Positions 34,796 to 44,027 of a stretch of DNA of 64,000 nt are shown piece after piece (within the stretch, counting starts at the first letter, position 1; each line of letters begins with the position of its first letter). A program made the position numbers and the translations under genes. The notes below the pieces were generated by a model, which saw nothing but the letters and a program-made list of their open reading frames with translations, made no database searches and was not told where the DNA came from. The stretch spans positions 6,779 through 70,778 of the forward strand of contig JBBTQX010000002.1 of the NCBI GenBank assembly GCA_038065455.1, in the 5' to 3' direction. The stretch is from Patescibacteria group bacterium. GTDB taxonomy: Bacteria; Patescibacteriota; Minisyncoccia; UBA6257; GWB1-50-10.

Positions 34796-35179
34796 TTATT
34801 TCAAATCGACTTTCCGCTTGCCACTACCGGCCGTCTTCCTGACGTTGCCGCGCACCGTCCGGGAATTCGTTTTCGTCCGCTGGCCGCGCACCGGAAGCTT
34901 TCGCAAATGACGCACGCCGCGATAGGCTTTAATATCTTTCAAGCGAGCGATGTTCTGTTTTATCACTTGCCGCAACTCTCCCTCAATCTTGTAGTTCTTC
35001 TCTATCATTGATTGGATGCGGTTCACCTCGTCCGGCGCCAAATCCTTCGCTCGTTTTTGGAGGTCGATTTTCGCGCCGACCAAAACCTTGGCGGCCAAGG
35101 TCGGGCCAATGCCGTAGATGTAGCCCAAGGCCACGTAGATTTTTTTGTTATCGGGTATGTTTACTCCGGCGATTCTCAT
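34796..35179 (-). CDS. rpsM: 30S ribosomal protein S13
   Basis: MRIAGVNIPDNKK...YRG.RH...LPVRGQRT.TN.RT pattern. Confidence 0.93.
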   Translation of the reverse strand: MRIAGVNIPDNKKIYVALGYIYGIGPTLAAKVLVGAKIDLQKRAKDLAPDEVNRIQSMIEKNYKIEGELRQVIKQNIARLKDIKAYRGVRHLRKLPVRGQRTKTNSRTVRGNVRKTAGSGKRKVDLK

Positions 35180-35181
35180 AA

Positions 35182-35298
35182 TTATCCTTGTCTTTGTTTA
35201 TGCCTCGGGTTCTTGGCACATATGACGTAAACCCGCCCTTTTCGACGGACGGTCTTGCAAACGCTGCAGATTTTTTTTACCGATGCTCTGACTTTCAT
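35182..35298 (-). CDS. rpmJ: 50S ribosomal protein L36
   Basis: Hand-translated: [38 protein letters not shown] (38 aa). Absent from the ORF track because it is too short. Confidence 0.9.
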   Translation of the reverse strand: MKVRASVKKICSVCKTVRRKGRVYVICAKNPRHKQRQG

Positions 35299-35424
35299 CC
35301 CGTTAGAGACAGGATACGCTTAAAAAGCGCATCCGTGATATGTCGCTTGGTTTGATTATTCCGACCTGTTGGTTATTCATATTGATACATTATTCAAAAT
35401 TTGTTTGTCTCTAACGGGATTCAT
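35296..35424 (-). mobile_element. family-1 element, ORF-less copy C
   Basis: Gene-strand reading: ATGAATCCCGTTAGAGACA ... TGTCTCTAACGGG-ATG(rpmJ). Confidence 0.75.
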
Positions 35425-35430
35425 AAAACT

Positions 35431-35658
35431 TTACAATCTTCGCACGATTCGTCCCCGTTTGTCCAGGATGTTCGCCATCTCCACCATAACCCTGTCTCCG
35501 GGGATAACCCGGATGCGGTTGATTTTAAGCTTGCCGGCGGGATGCGCTAAAATGTCTTTTTCTTCCCCGTTTTCAAGTTTGACCTTCACGCGGAAAAGCA
35601 AACCCGGCAGTGCCTCCACCGCTATTCCCTCAATCCTGACTAAAGGCGTATTTTCCAT
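35431..35658 (-). CDS. infA: translation initiation factor IF-1
   Basis: S1-like OB fold: FRVKLENGEE.LAH.AGK...N.IRV.PGD.V. Start set at ATG 35658; the track start is TTG. Confidence 0.88.
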   Translation of the reverse strand: MENTPLVRIEGIAVEALPGLLFRVKVKLENGEEKDILAHPAGKLKINRIRVIPGDRVMVEMANILDKRGRIVRRL

Positions 35659-35673
35659 TAACAAACAGAGTGA

Positions 35674-35702
35674 ATTTTAGACAAATACAGATTTTTTGTC
35701 AA
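35674..35702 (-). promoter_or_regulatory. candidate infA promoter
   Basis: Minus strand: TTGACA, 17 nt, TAAAAT, 15 nt, ATG. Confidence 0.55.
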
Positions 35703-35817
35703 TTTTTTAATCTATAAATCGTCTTTAATATCAGTTGTGGATAACTATTGACGCTTATTCATGTAAGTCGTTATAATGATAATACAGAATAACTTCTGTC
35801 CTGCCCGTGGATATGGG

Positions 35818-36510
35818 TTAACTTTCCGCAAGACCTGATTCTCTTGAGTCAGGTTTTTGCTTTTTAACCGCAATATACTTTTTTATGTCTTGAGCATTGA
35901 TTTTATTATCAACTAGCTCTCCTAACGACGCATCAATATGCCCTCCTTTTATTAAAATTATCTTTTTCTTTTGTTTCTTTAAGAAACGGATAAGAGCGGC
36001 GAAATCGGCATCGGACGATAATAGACAGAACGTATCATATGAATTGATGAGTCTTACGGAATCAACTGAAACCTCCACGTCAAAATTGCACTTCGGAATC
36101 AATATAAAATTCCCTCCCTTATCAACATTTATCTTCCGCATTGTCTCGCTTTTTTCTTCGGAATCCAGATAATGCTTGATTTGCTGTATTGGTTTAGTGA
36201 AAACCCTAGACTTACCGAAAATATGTTCCGCGGCCCGTTTGAATCTTAAAGACCCTGGATTAACAGGGTCGTGTCCATAATAAAAACGATCATCGCTGGA
36301 AAACGCGCTCAAGAAATCTTTTAATTTTTGCAGACCAATCGTTAACAACTCATTATCTGCCATTTTCACTCCGCTCTCATCAAAATCATCTTCATCAAAC
36401 CAATGATTGACGTTCGCAAAATCAATGAATGAGATAATGTTCGGATACCTGTCCGGTAAGATATCAAGATTTTTTCTTATTTGATCTTTTTTAAGTTCTT
36501 CCAAATCCAT
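35818..36510 (-). CDS. NYN (LabA/DUF88-like) nuclease-domain protein
   Basis: ISFIDFANVNHWF and LLSSDADFAALIRFLKKQKKKIILI match NYN-domain acidic motifs. The ATG at 36510 has an AAGGAG SD inside the upstream gene and lies 1 nt after its stop. Confidence 0.7.
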   Translation of the reverse strand: MDLEELKKDQIRKNLDILPDRYPNIISFIDFANVNHWFDEDDFDESGVKMADNELLTIGLQKLKDFLSAFSSDDRFYYGHDPVNPGSLRFKRAAEHIFGKSRVFTKPIQQIKHYLDSEEKSETMRKINVDKGGNFILIPKCNFDVEVSVDSVRLINSYDTFCLLSSDADFAALIRFLKKQKKKIILIKGGHIDASLGELVDNKINAQDIKKYIAVKKQKPDSRESGLAES

Positions 36511-36511
36511 T

Positions 36512-39364
36512 TTAATTTTCTCCTTCAACTGTTTTTATTTCTTCCTCCGTTAAGCCGTAGAGCTTATATACCTCCTCATCAATTTTCTTGTCGGTTCTTC
36601 CTATTTCGGATTTCAGTCGTTCCCATTCGTTGGAATTTTCCTCGACGTCGTGAAATTCTTTATTAAGAAGGATTATCTTATCAACATAAGAAATTATTAA
36701 TTTCTGCGATGCCTCGTCTGCAATATAAATTGGTAGATCTAATAGTGGCTCCTTATCTATTTGTAGTTGATCACCCTGTAATTTCCCCTTATTTCTTAAC
36801 CAGAAATGCATGATGTTTGAATTGAGTAATCCAAGAACATATTTGAGATTCACTTTATCCAATTTTAAAATTATAAAAGCTCTTGTAACATAACAAGGAA
36901 AATCAACATATGAAAAGGATGGTTTTATGGTTTTCCTTATTGAAAAAATACAGTGGCCCTCAAAAAATCTTTCTTCGCGTGCCCTATGAAGACCATAGGG
37001 AGCATACACAGAAGTTAAAATTTTAGAAAATTTATCTAGGTGTTTTTTGAGATTAGGAAACTGTTCAATATGTTCCCGGAAATAACTGTCCGCATAAATT
37101 ATACGGAGGCTTGTGTTTTTAATAGATAAGTATCTATTTATTTCTTTTGTTGTATAGTACGGTCTTAAATATTGATCTTCAGGTTTTGTTGGTGAAAGTT
37201 CTTTAATTTCGTCCTCAGATAAAATAAATATGCCATCGCCTTTCTTTATTGTTTTATCTGACAAACCCTGTAGGTGCTTTTCAGTGATAAAATCTTGCAA
37301 AACATCAATGCCATTACCGACATCTTTTTCGTTAATGTGGTAATTCTGTTTTGATTTTATCTTTTCTAGGAGAATGTCTTTATTGCTCTCGGTAAAAATT
37401 AAAAAGTGGCCCAGTAATTTTTCTGGTTTAATCTCAATTTCGGTTTTTTCACCAAAAATTCTGGAAATAAGTTCGTTTTCCGCTATATTCCTATCGGGAA
37501 TCCTTAAATAACTTACCTTGTATTTTTCATCTGGTTTTCCTTTTTTAAAGGTAAAAATCATTGTTTGAATCCCAGCTTGTTCAAAAACCTTATAGTCACC
37601 AAAATCTAGGAAGGATTTTAGTTCGCCATCTTTTAAAATTTTATCTCTAAAAATATCTGCGCCGGCATTGCTTACCCAATTATTCGGAGCGATAAAACTC
37701 AAAATTCCCCCGTCTTTAAGTAAATCTATTGAAATGCACGCAAACATTGTCCAAATATCCATTTTACCCTGATAATATGGGCTATCGTGCAGACCATTAA
37801 AAGCTTCTTTATTCACAAACTCCTTGATATACGGCGGGTTTCCGATAATCACATCAAACCCGCCTTGTTTGAAAACCTCCGGAAATTCCTCTTCCCAGTT
37901 AAACGGCTTCTTATTGCGAAAATTTGCACCAAAATGCTTTTTAAGTTCCGAGTCGGTGCCCGAAATGAGCGAGTTTCCATTCTTTATATTTTTATCGAGC
38001 GATGGCAGCTTCTGCCTTTCATTTAAAGCGCCTACAAGAAGATTTAATCTGGCGATTTCAACCGCTTGCTCGTCCAGATCAACCCCATAGATATTCTCTA
38101 AAAGTATTTGGATTTTTGTGAAAACATTCCCTGGTGCGCCCATTTTCTTGTATTTTTCATTGATAAGTTCCAACGCCTGAACAAGAAACGAACCGGAACC
38201 ACAGGCCGGGTCCAGTACCTTTATCTTCTTCAAATCCTCTATAGTGTTGCACTTTTCCAAAACCGGCCCCAAGGCGTTTTTCACGATATACTCAACGATA
38301 AAATGGGGCGTGTAATAAATCCCCTGCTCCTTGCGCTTCTTAGCATCCTTATGAACTTCTACGCCCTTCTTTGATTGAGAAAGTTTATAGCCGAGATAGT
38401 TTTCATAAACTGTTCCTAGAACATCAGCGGGCATCGCCTTGAAATCATATTCATAATAGCCCGGTTTGCCGTAGAGAATCTGAATAACTTTCTCCGTGGC
38501 GTCGCCATATTCCTCCCATTCTTCAAACGGGTGTTCGGAAAAAAGATTGGAATTGTAGGTTTTATCCAATTCCCTGAATTTATCCACCATGTGCTTGTAA
38601 AGCGGCACCTCGTTTTGGTCTTTGCGATTTTTCCATTCACGAAGCAATGGGATAAGCGTTGGCGGTTCAATTCCTCTATCCTCGGCAACACGTAAAAAGA
38701 TAAGTCTGTCCAAAAGCTTTTGAACGCCTTCATCTAAAAATTGGGGGGCAATTTTAGAATTCCAAGCCTTCAACGATTTAGTAAGAATCTCCCGACATTC
38801 GTTCAGGTCGTTGAATAACAGCGAAGTTACCGGAATTTTCTGGAATTTCTTTCCGAATTTTTCTGCCTCTGTATCGATAAGATTTTTCTCGAATGATTCT
38901 CTTGATAAGAGCGAAAGTTGGTCAAAACATTCAATATATCTATCGTAGGAAATTTCAAAGAGAAGTTTGGCGGCCAATGTCGCTTTCGCATCCTGCGTGT
39001 TGAAAACTTTTATACTCTCAAAGTCGGTAAGCACTGCCCAAGTTACGCCCTTATTCCAAGAATATCTTATTGCTTGTTTGGCATATTCTTCGCGATGCAA
39101 ATCCACCTTAAGTGATTTGGCCTCTAAATAGAATTTCGCCCGGCCATTTAAATAAAATCCGTAATCAACTCTATCCGAGGATGATAAATTTTCTTCCGCT
39201 GAAACCTCATTTTTGTTATGGACATCCCACCCAAGCGCTTCAAAAATCGGCAGAATAAAATCTTTTTTTGTTTCCTCTTCCGTATAACTCTTTATCTTGC
39301 CGGCCGATTTAGCAATTTCATACTTATCAATAAGCAACCTTATCTTCTCTTTCGGGTCATTCAT
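36512..39364 (-). CDS. type IIG (fused endonuclease-N6-adenine methyltransferase-specificity) restriction-modification enzyme, Eco57I/MmeI-like
   Basis: N-terminal PD-(D/E)xK-like D...EAK (VDYGFYL...FYLEAKS), SAM motif VLDPACGSGSFLV, catalytic NPPY (IIGNPPYIKE), C-terminal TRD-like region. 950 aa. Confidence 0.85.
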   Translation of the reverse strand: MNDPKEKIRLLIDKYEIAKSAGKIKSYTEEETKKDFILPIFEALGWDVHNKNEVSAEENLSSSDRVDYGFYLNGRAKFYLEAKSLKVDLHREEYAKQAIRYSWNKGVTWAVLTDFESIKVFNTQDAKATLAAKLLFEISYDRYIECFDQLSLLSRESFEKNLIDTEAEKFGKKFQKIPVTSLLFNDLNECREILTKSLKAWNSKIAPQFLDEGVQKLLDRLIFLRVAEDRGIEPPTLIPLLREWKNRKDQNEVPLYKHMVDKFRELDKTYNSNLFSEHPFEEWEEYGDATEKVIQILYGKPGYYEYDFKAMPADVLGTVYENYLGYKLSQSKKGVEVHKDAKKRKEQGIYYTPHFIVEYIVKNALGPVLEKCNTIEDLKKIKVLDPACGSGSFLVQALELINEKYKKMGAPGNVFTKIQILLENIYGVDLDEQAVEIARLNLLVGALNERQKLPSLDKNIKNGNSLISGTDSELKKHFGANFRNKKPFNWEEEFPEVFKQGGFDVIIGNPPYIKEFVNKEAFNGLHDSPYYQGKMDIWTMFACISIDLLKDGGILSFIAPNNWVSNAGADIFRDKILKDGELKSFLDFGDYKVFEQAGIQTMIFTFKKGKPDEKYKVSYLRIPDRNIAENELISRIFGEKTEIEIKPEKLLGHFLIFTESNKDILLEKIKSKQNYHINEKDVGNGIDVLQDFITEKHLQGLSDKTIKKGDGIFILSEDEIKELSPTKPEDQYLRPYYTTKEINRYLSIKNTSLRIIYADSYFREHIEQFPNLKKHLDKFSKILTSVYAPYGLHRAREERFFEGHCIFSIRKTIKPSFSYVDFPCYVTRAFIILKLDKVNLKYVLGLLNSNIMHFWLRNKGKLQGDQLQIDKEPLLDLPIYIADEASQKLIISYVDKIILLNKEFHDVEENSNEWERLKSEIGRTDKKIDEEVYKLYGLTEEEIKTVEGEN

Positions 39365-39370
39365 CTTATT

Positions 39371-41107
39371 TTATTCCGCCAGAATCTTTACCTTGTTCAA
39401 ATAATTGGGAACGGATTTTACCCAGAAAGGCCAGAAAGAAATGTTGGCTTTTTGGAGGCCCGGCAGAGCGAAAATTTGTGTTTTGAGCGTTTCGCCGTCG
39501 AGGCCGAGAATCTGATTTTTGAAACTTTCCAAATTTATCTTCGGTTCGTAGGTAAGGACGCCGTTCACCGAAAAAGTCATCTTGCCGGCGGCGAAATCCG
39601 CGGTACTCGTCGAATAGTCCATCGAGAAATTCCTGACCGTAATCTCCTCGGTCGATGTACTCAAAAAATCCACCAGAGCATCTCGGAGCATTCCCTCGTT
39701 GAAACCCAGTTGGCGCAACTCCCCTGCCACGAGGACGCTGAAATTGCCGTCCTGGTCGACTTGGCTCGAAACATTCTCGCTCGTCACTTTGAATTCCGAA
39801 CCGTTATCCATTATTTTCAAATTCTGCGAATCCAAAATCATCGTTTTGCTTTTAAGCGTATTCAAAAGCGCTTCTTCTATTTTCGCCTTCGCGCCGCTCA
39901 CATCGCTTTCGGAAGGAACGATCTGATTGCCTTCCGCTCCGCCCGTCATCGAGGATATTGATTCGGCATAGAATCCTTTATAGAGCGCCGGCGTCGCCTT
40001 GAAGCCCGGTATCTTCCATCCTCCACTCGGGGGCAAGTTGTAATCCGAACCCGCCTTATCCGCCACGACTTTCACCTCGACGGATGACGGCGTTCCATTC
40101 GCGGTTTTCATTCCCGGTACCACGGCCCTATTCACCAATCTGAAAATTTTTCCTTCCGGAGATTCAAAACGGGTAGTCGCTACGAGCGTCTGGGACTTGG
40201 TGCTATAGACGTTATAAACGGTAAGCGTTCCGCCAGCCTTGGTACTCAAGGTGGAGCTGCCGGTTGCGGGAAAATTCATACTTAGATTCCCGGGCGCCAC
40301 CGAAAGCTGGCCGGGCAGACTCGCCGCGTTGCCGCTCACGGAAGGAGTATTCACCTCTTTATCCGCCGTTACCCGAATGGAAAACGGAACAGTAGTTTTT
40401 TGTATGAAAATGTTGATTATTGCTCTGGGCAGAATGTCCGCCACCGCGAAATATCCCGCCGCCAAAACGACGGCCGTGCTGACGAGCATTATCGCCCAGA
40501 ATTTTTTTCCGCGCTTCGCTTTCTTTTCGACATTCCTTTCAATCCTTTCGAAATTCTTTTCGATTCTTTCTTCCACTATCGGAGCCGGAATGTATTTCAC
40601 CAATTCCTCTTCCGACGCGACGGGCTCCGTAATCGGAATTTTGGTTTCTTCGATTGCCGGGGCTTTTTTCTTTCTCGCGACTCTCGGCTTTTTCACCCCG
40701 GACTTCCTCGCCGGTTTTCGTCCCTCGATTTTTTCCTTCCCTCCGCGTTCCGCGTTCGGGACTTCGCTTTGCCTGACCAATTCTATTTCGGCCGCACCGA
40801 CATCATCCAATCCCGGCAAAATATCCACCACAGATCTTTCCCTGGTTTTGAAAACCGGATTTATGGCCGGAATAGTCGCCAAGGACGCCAATTCCAGAAT
40901 ACGCTCGTCCACCGATTCTATCGCCAATTCCTTGCCGGCCGTTTCACACTCGCGCTCCAGTATTTGGAAATTATGGACCGAGGAACCCAGAACGGAGTTT
41001 TTGGGAATATTGAGAATGATTTTTTCCGCCTCGACGGCAGTCAGCTGGCCGACTACTTTGTTCAAGTCGTCGTCTTTGTCCAAAAATATCTTTTTTTCCG
41101 ATGCCAT
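39371..41107 (-). CDS. hypothetical bitopic membrane protein (cytoplasmic K/E-rich N-terminus, one TM, large S/T-rich ectodomain)
   Basis: 578 aa. TM at FWAIMLVSTAVVLAAGYFAV. No family recognised. Confidence 0.6.
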   Translation of the reverse strand: MASEKKIFLDKDDDLNKVVGQLTAVEAEKIILNIPKNSVLGSSVHNFQILERECETAGKELAIESVDERILELASLATIPAINPVFKTRERSVVDILPGLDDVGAAEIELVRQSEVPNAERGGKEKIEGRKPARKSGVKKPRVARKKKAPAIEETKIPITEPVASEEELVKYIPAPIVEERIEKNFERIERNVEKKAKRGKKFWAIMLVSTAVVLAAGYFAVADILPRAIINIFIQKTTVPFSIRVTADKEVNTPSVSGNAASLPGQLSVAPGNLSMNFPATGSSTLSTKAGGTLTVYNVYSTKSQTLVATTRFESPEGKIFRLVNRAVVPGMKTANGTPSSVEVKVVADKAGSDYNLPPSGGWKIPGFKATPALYKGFYAESISSMTGGAEGNQIVPSESDVSGAKAKIEEALLNTLKSKTMILDSQNLKIMDNGSEFKVTSENVSSQVDQDGNFSVLVAGELRQLGFNEGMLRDALVDFLSTSTEEITVRNFSMDYSTSTADFAAGKMTFSVNGVLTYEPKINLESFKNQILGLDGETLKTQIFALPGLQKANISFWPFWVKSVPNYLNKVKILAE

Positions 41108-41123
41108 TGGCTTTTATTTTAAC

Positions 41124-42248
41124 CTAGAAATTGGGAATCAGCCACTTCACCCGACGCTTTAAAAGCCGGTTTAGATACTCGAATTTCGGAAGATCATATT
41201 CGAAAACCAAAAGAGCTAGGGCATTCTGTTCGATGAGCGGTTCGAAGCCCAAAGCGGCATTTTTTTTCTTTATAATATACTCTTTACGCTCCAATTCCTC
41301 ATCGACCCGGATAGCCGCCCCGGGGAAATTCTTGATCCGGCCGGAAAAATAGATTTTAGGCCGGCTGATTTTTGTTTTTTTCTTGAGCGGCTCCAAAAGA
41401 CCGGCGAGCTCCCGAACGCTTTCGTTCACTCTTCCTTCCAGCCATTTTTTTACCTTGACCGAAACATTGTTTTCGAAATAAAGGCGGATTATCGCTCTGG
41501 CCGAGGCTTCGTCTATGCCCAGTTCGGCGGCTACTCCGCCGGTAAAAGTCCCCGTCCCCCAGCCATAACCGACTTCAAAGGCTTTTTCGTTTCCGTGGAC
41601 TTTGAAAACCGAGGTGGCGGTCTCGCCGATCTGAACCGAAAAGCTCCCGGATTCGGGAAGGAAGTCCCCCAAAACGCTCGCGCTTTCGAAGACGAATATC
41701 TTGCCCCAGTCTTTGAAGCGTTCCAGAGAAGGCAAAGTTTCGCGCGGAACGAATGTGCCTCGGATTTTCAAATTCAATTCTTTTCCTTCAAAGCCGACCG
41801 GGTTATACATTTTGTGAGTTCCAATGGAAACATCGCGTACCTGGACATAAGCCATAATCAAATCCGAGTCGCTCGTCTTCATTTTTTTGGCCGCCATCGC
41901 CCGATAGCGATTCAGAAAATCCCAAAATCCTTTGTGGACCAGTTGGTCCATTTCGCTTTCGGTTATCGCTTCATTGGGTTTCGGGCGCTTCAAAACCACG
42001 GTATTTTCCGCGGTCGTGGCTCTTTCGCTTCCGAGTGAAAAAATTATGTAGTCCGTCTTCTTGGTAGGCCGCCTCACGCCATCCAAATCCTTCACCGCGT
42101 ACCCTTCGCAAATCGTGATTTCTTTCTTCTTCAGATTCCGATAGGCTCGCGTAACCTCATACGCGCCGTTCCATTCCTCCACCAGAAGGAAATATTCCCG
42201 GCTGCCGTTCCAAAAATTCTGAACGAAATTCCACGTTTTCCAGACCAT
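41124..42248 (-). CDS. hypothetical protein (possibly an ASKHA/actin-fold, FtsA/PilM-like; tentative)
   Basis: 374 aa. Weak phosphate-loop-like segments (IIFSLGSERATT, VQIGETATSVF). Paired with the downstream bitopic protein. Confidence 0.45.
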   Translation of the reverse strand: MVWKTWNFVQNFWNGSREYFLLVEEWNGAYEVTRAYRNLKKKEITICEGYAVKDLDGVRRPTKKTDYIIFSLGSERATTAENTVVLKRPKPNEAITESEMDQLVHKGFWDFLNRYRAMAAKKMKTSDSDLIMAYVQVRDVSIGTHKMYNPVGFEGKELNLKIRGTFVPRETLPSLERFKDWGKIFVFESASVLGDFLPESGSFSVQIGETATSVFKVHGNEKAFEVGYGWGTGTFTGGVAAELGIDEASARAIIRLYFENNVSVKVKKWLEGRVNESVRELAGLLEPLKKKTKISRPKIYFSGRIKNFPGAAIRVDEELERKEYIIKKKNAALGFEPLIEQNALALLVFEYDLPKFEYLNRLLKRRVKWLIPNF

Positions 42249-42276
42249 TACTAATTAGTATAGCTCAATTCTTTTC

Positions 42277-44010
42277 CTACTCCACTGTGGCGCGGATGCG
42301 CCGGATGCCGGCCGCCACCGCCTCTTCTTTGATGATTTTGAACTTCCCTACCTCCCCCGTGCGCGCCACATGCGGCCCGCCGCAGAATTCGATGGAAAAT
42401 GATTTTTCAAATTGGGGACTTTCCGCTGTCGCACCCTTCGGGCCGACCGAATAGATTGATACAATATCGGGATACTTCTGGCCGAATTCGTGCTCGGCGC
42501 CGAGCTTCTCCGCCTCTTCGCGGGCGATTTCGCTGTGCACGACCGGCAAGTCTTCCGCAATCTTTTCGTTCACTATCCGCTCCGTTTCTTTTTTCTGCTC
42601 GTCCGTCATTTTCGCATTATGTATAAAATCCATCCGCAGACGCTCGCTTGTGATGTTGCTTCCCCGCTGTTTCACCTCCGGCCCCAGCACGATTTGGAGC
42701 GCTTTGAGAAGAAGATGGTGGGCTGTATGCAAACGTATAGTTTTTTCCGAATGGTCGGCAAGGCCGCCCTTGAACTGCCCAGCCGAAGACGTCCGAGATA
42801 ATTCTTGATGGGCTGATTTTCTGCGTTCGAAATCTGCCTTATCGATTGAAACTCCCTTCTCTTTCGCCAACTCCTCAATCATCTCAATCGGCAAGCCGTG
42901 CGTCTGGTACAGGTCGAAAACGATTTCTCCGGTCAACTCCGCTTTTTCGAATTCCCGTGCTCCTTTTTTCAACGCTTCGGAAAAAGCTTCTTTTTCCTTA
43001 TTAAACTCATCAAGCACTAGCTCCCGGTTTAATTCCGGATAGAACCCCTCGTAATTTTCGAATACTTCGCCGAATAGATGTTCGGCTAACTCTTCGTTTT
43101 TGGAAAGATGGAGATGAACCATTACCCGCCTCATCAAGCGCCGGAGGACATATCCGGCTTCTTTATTGGACGGCTTCACGCCATCGGAAATCAAAAATGC
43201 GATGCCGCGGATATGGTCGCTTAAAATACGGCGCGTCCGAACTTCCATTTCTTCCGGCAAAAGGGCTATTATCGGCGCAAATAAATCTGTTTCGAATATA
43301 GTCGCCTTCTTCTGCGACACCATAGTAAGTCTCTCCAAACCCATGCCCGTATCCACGCCCGGCGTTTCGAGCGGGGTAAGTTTTTGATTTTTCGCGTAGA
43401 ACTGATTGAAAACGATATTCCAAACCTCGACGGCTTTCCCAGCAGCGTTTTTCACGTAAATTTCCGTTGTCGGACCGCACGGGCCTTCGTTCCCCGTCGG
43501 ACCCCAGAAAACGTCCACGCCCTCGCGGATTATTTTTTTCTCCGGCATCCCGATATCTTTCCAGATATCGTAGGATTCTTGGTCGAACGGCACGCCGTTT
43601 TTCCGCCAATCTCCTGCCGGCACCTTGACCGGATCAAAAATCGTCACATAATCGATATCCAATCCCATTTCTTTCACGATGAAATCGTGGCCGAATCGAA
43701 TGGCTTCTTTTTTGAAATATCCGCCGAAGGAAAAATTGCCGAGCATTTCGAAGAATGTCAGATGACTTTCATCCCCCACTTCGTCTATATCCGAAGTGCG
43801 GAAGCATTTTTGAACCGAGGCGGTATTCTTCGAATTGAAATCCTTCATCGGGTCGGAATCGTTCGTGTAGTAGGGCTTGAACTGCTGCATGCCCGCAGTC
43901 GTAAGGAGCACCGACGGATCGTCGGGAATCAAAGATGAGGACGGCACGACCGCGTGCCCGTTCTTCTCAAAAAACTCCAGGAATTTTCTGCGTATCTCCG
44001 AAGAGGTCAT
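42277..44010 (-). CDS. alaS: alanyl-tRNA synthetase, compact form without C-Ala domain
   Basis: TTAGMQQFKP catalytic core. Editing-domain HTAHH and CGGPH motifs. Ends at 577 aa. Confidence 0.88.
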   Translation of the reverse strand: MTSSEIRRKFLEFFEKNGHAVVPSSSLIPDDPSVLLTTAGMQQFKPYYTNDSDPMKDFNSKNTASVQKCFRTSDIDEVGDESHLTFFEMLGNFSFGGYFKKEAIRFGHDFIVKEMGLDIDYVTIFDPVKVPAGDWRKNGVPFDQESYDIWKDIGMPEKKIIREGVDVFWGPTGNEGPCGPTTEIYVKNAAGKAVEVWNIVFNQFYAKNQKLTPLETPGVDTGMGLERLTMVSQKKATIFETDLFAPIIALLPEEMEVRTRRILSDHIRGIAFLISDGVKPSNKEAGYVLRRLMRRVMVHLHLSKNEELAEHLFGEVFENYEGFYPELNRELVLDEFNKEKEAFSEALKKGAREFEKAELTGEIVFDLYQTHGLPIEMIEELAKEKGVSIDKADFERRKSAHQELSRTSSAGQFKGGLADHSEKTIRLHTAHHLLLKALQIVLGPEVKQRGSNITSERLRMDFIHNAKMTDEQKKETERIVNEKIAEDLPVVHSEIAREEAEKLGAEHEFGQKYPDIVSIYSVGPKGATAESPQFEKSFSIEFCGGPHVARTGEVGKFKIIKEEAVAAGIRRIRATVE

Positions 44011-44027
44011 CTATACAATCTAGAGAA

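Noticed and set aside
33894-35424. Possible CRISPR array, suggested by the recurring ~13-22 nt motifs.
   Set aside because: The repeats occur as inverted pairs, not direct repeats. Spacing is irregular, they sit between intact ribosomal genes, and no cas genes are present.
35748-35777. Plus-strand TTGACG-18-TATAAT promoter-like motif.
   Set aside because: It points into the antisense of the NYN gene with no plus-strand ORF downstream. It is probably a chance match in AT-rich DNA, though an antisense RNA cannot be excluded.
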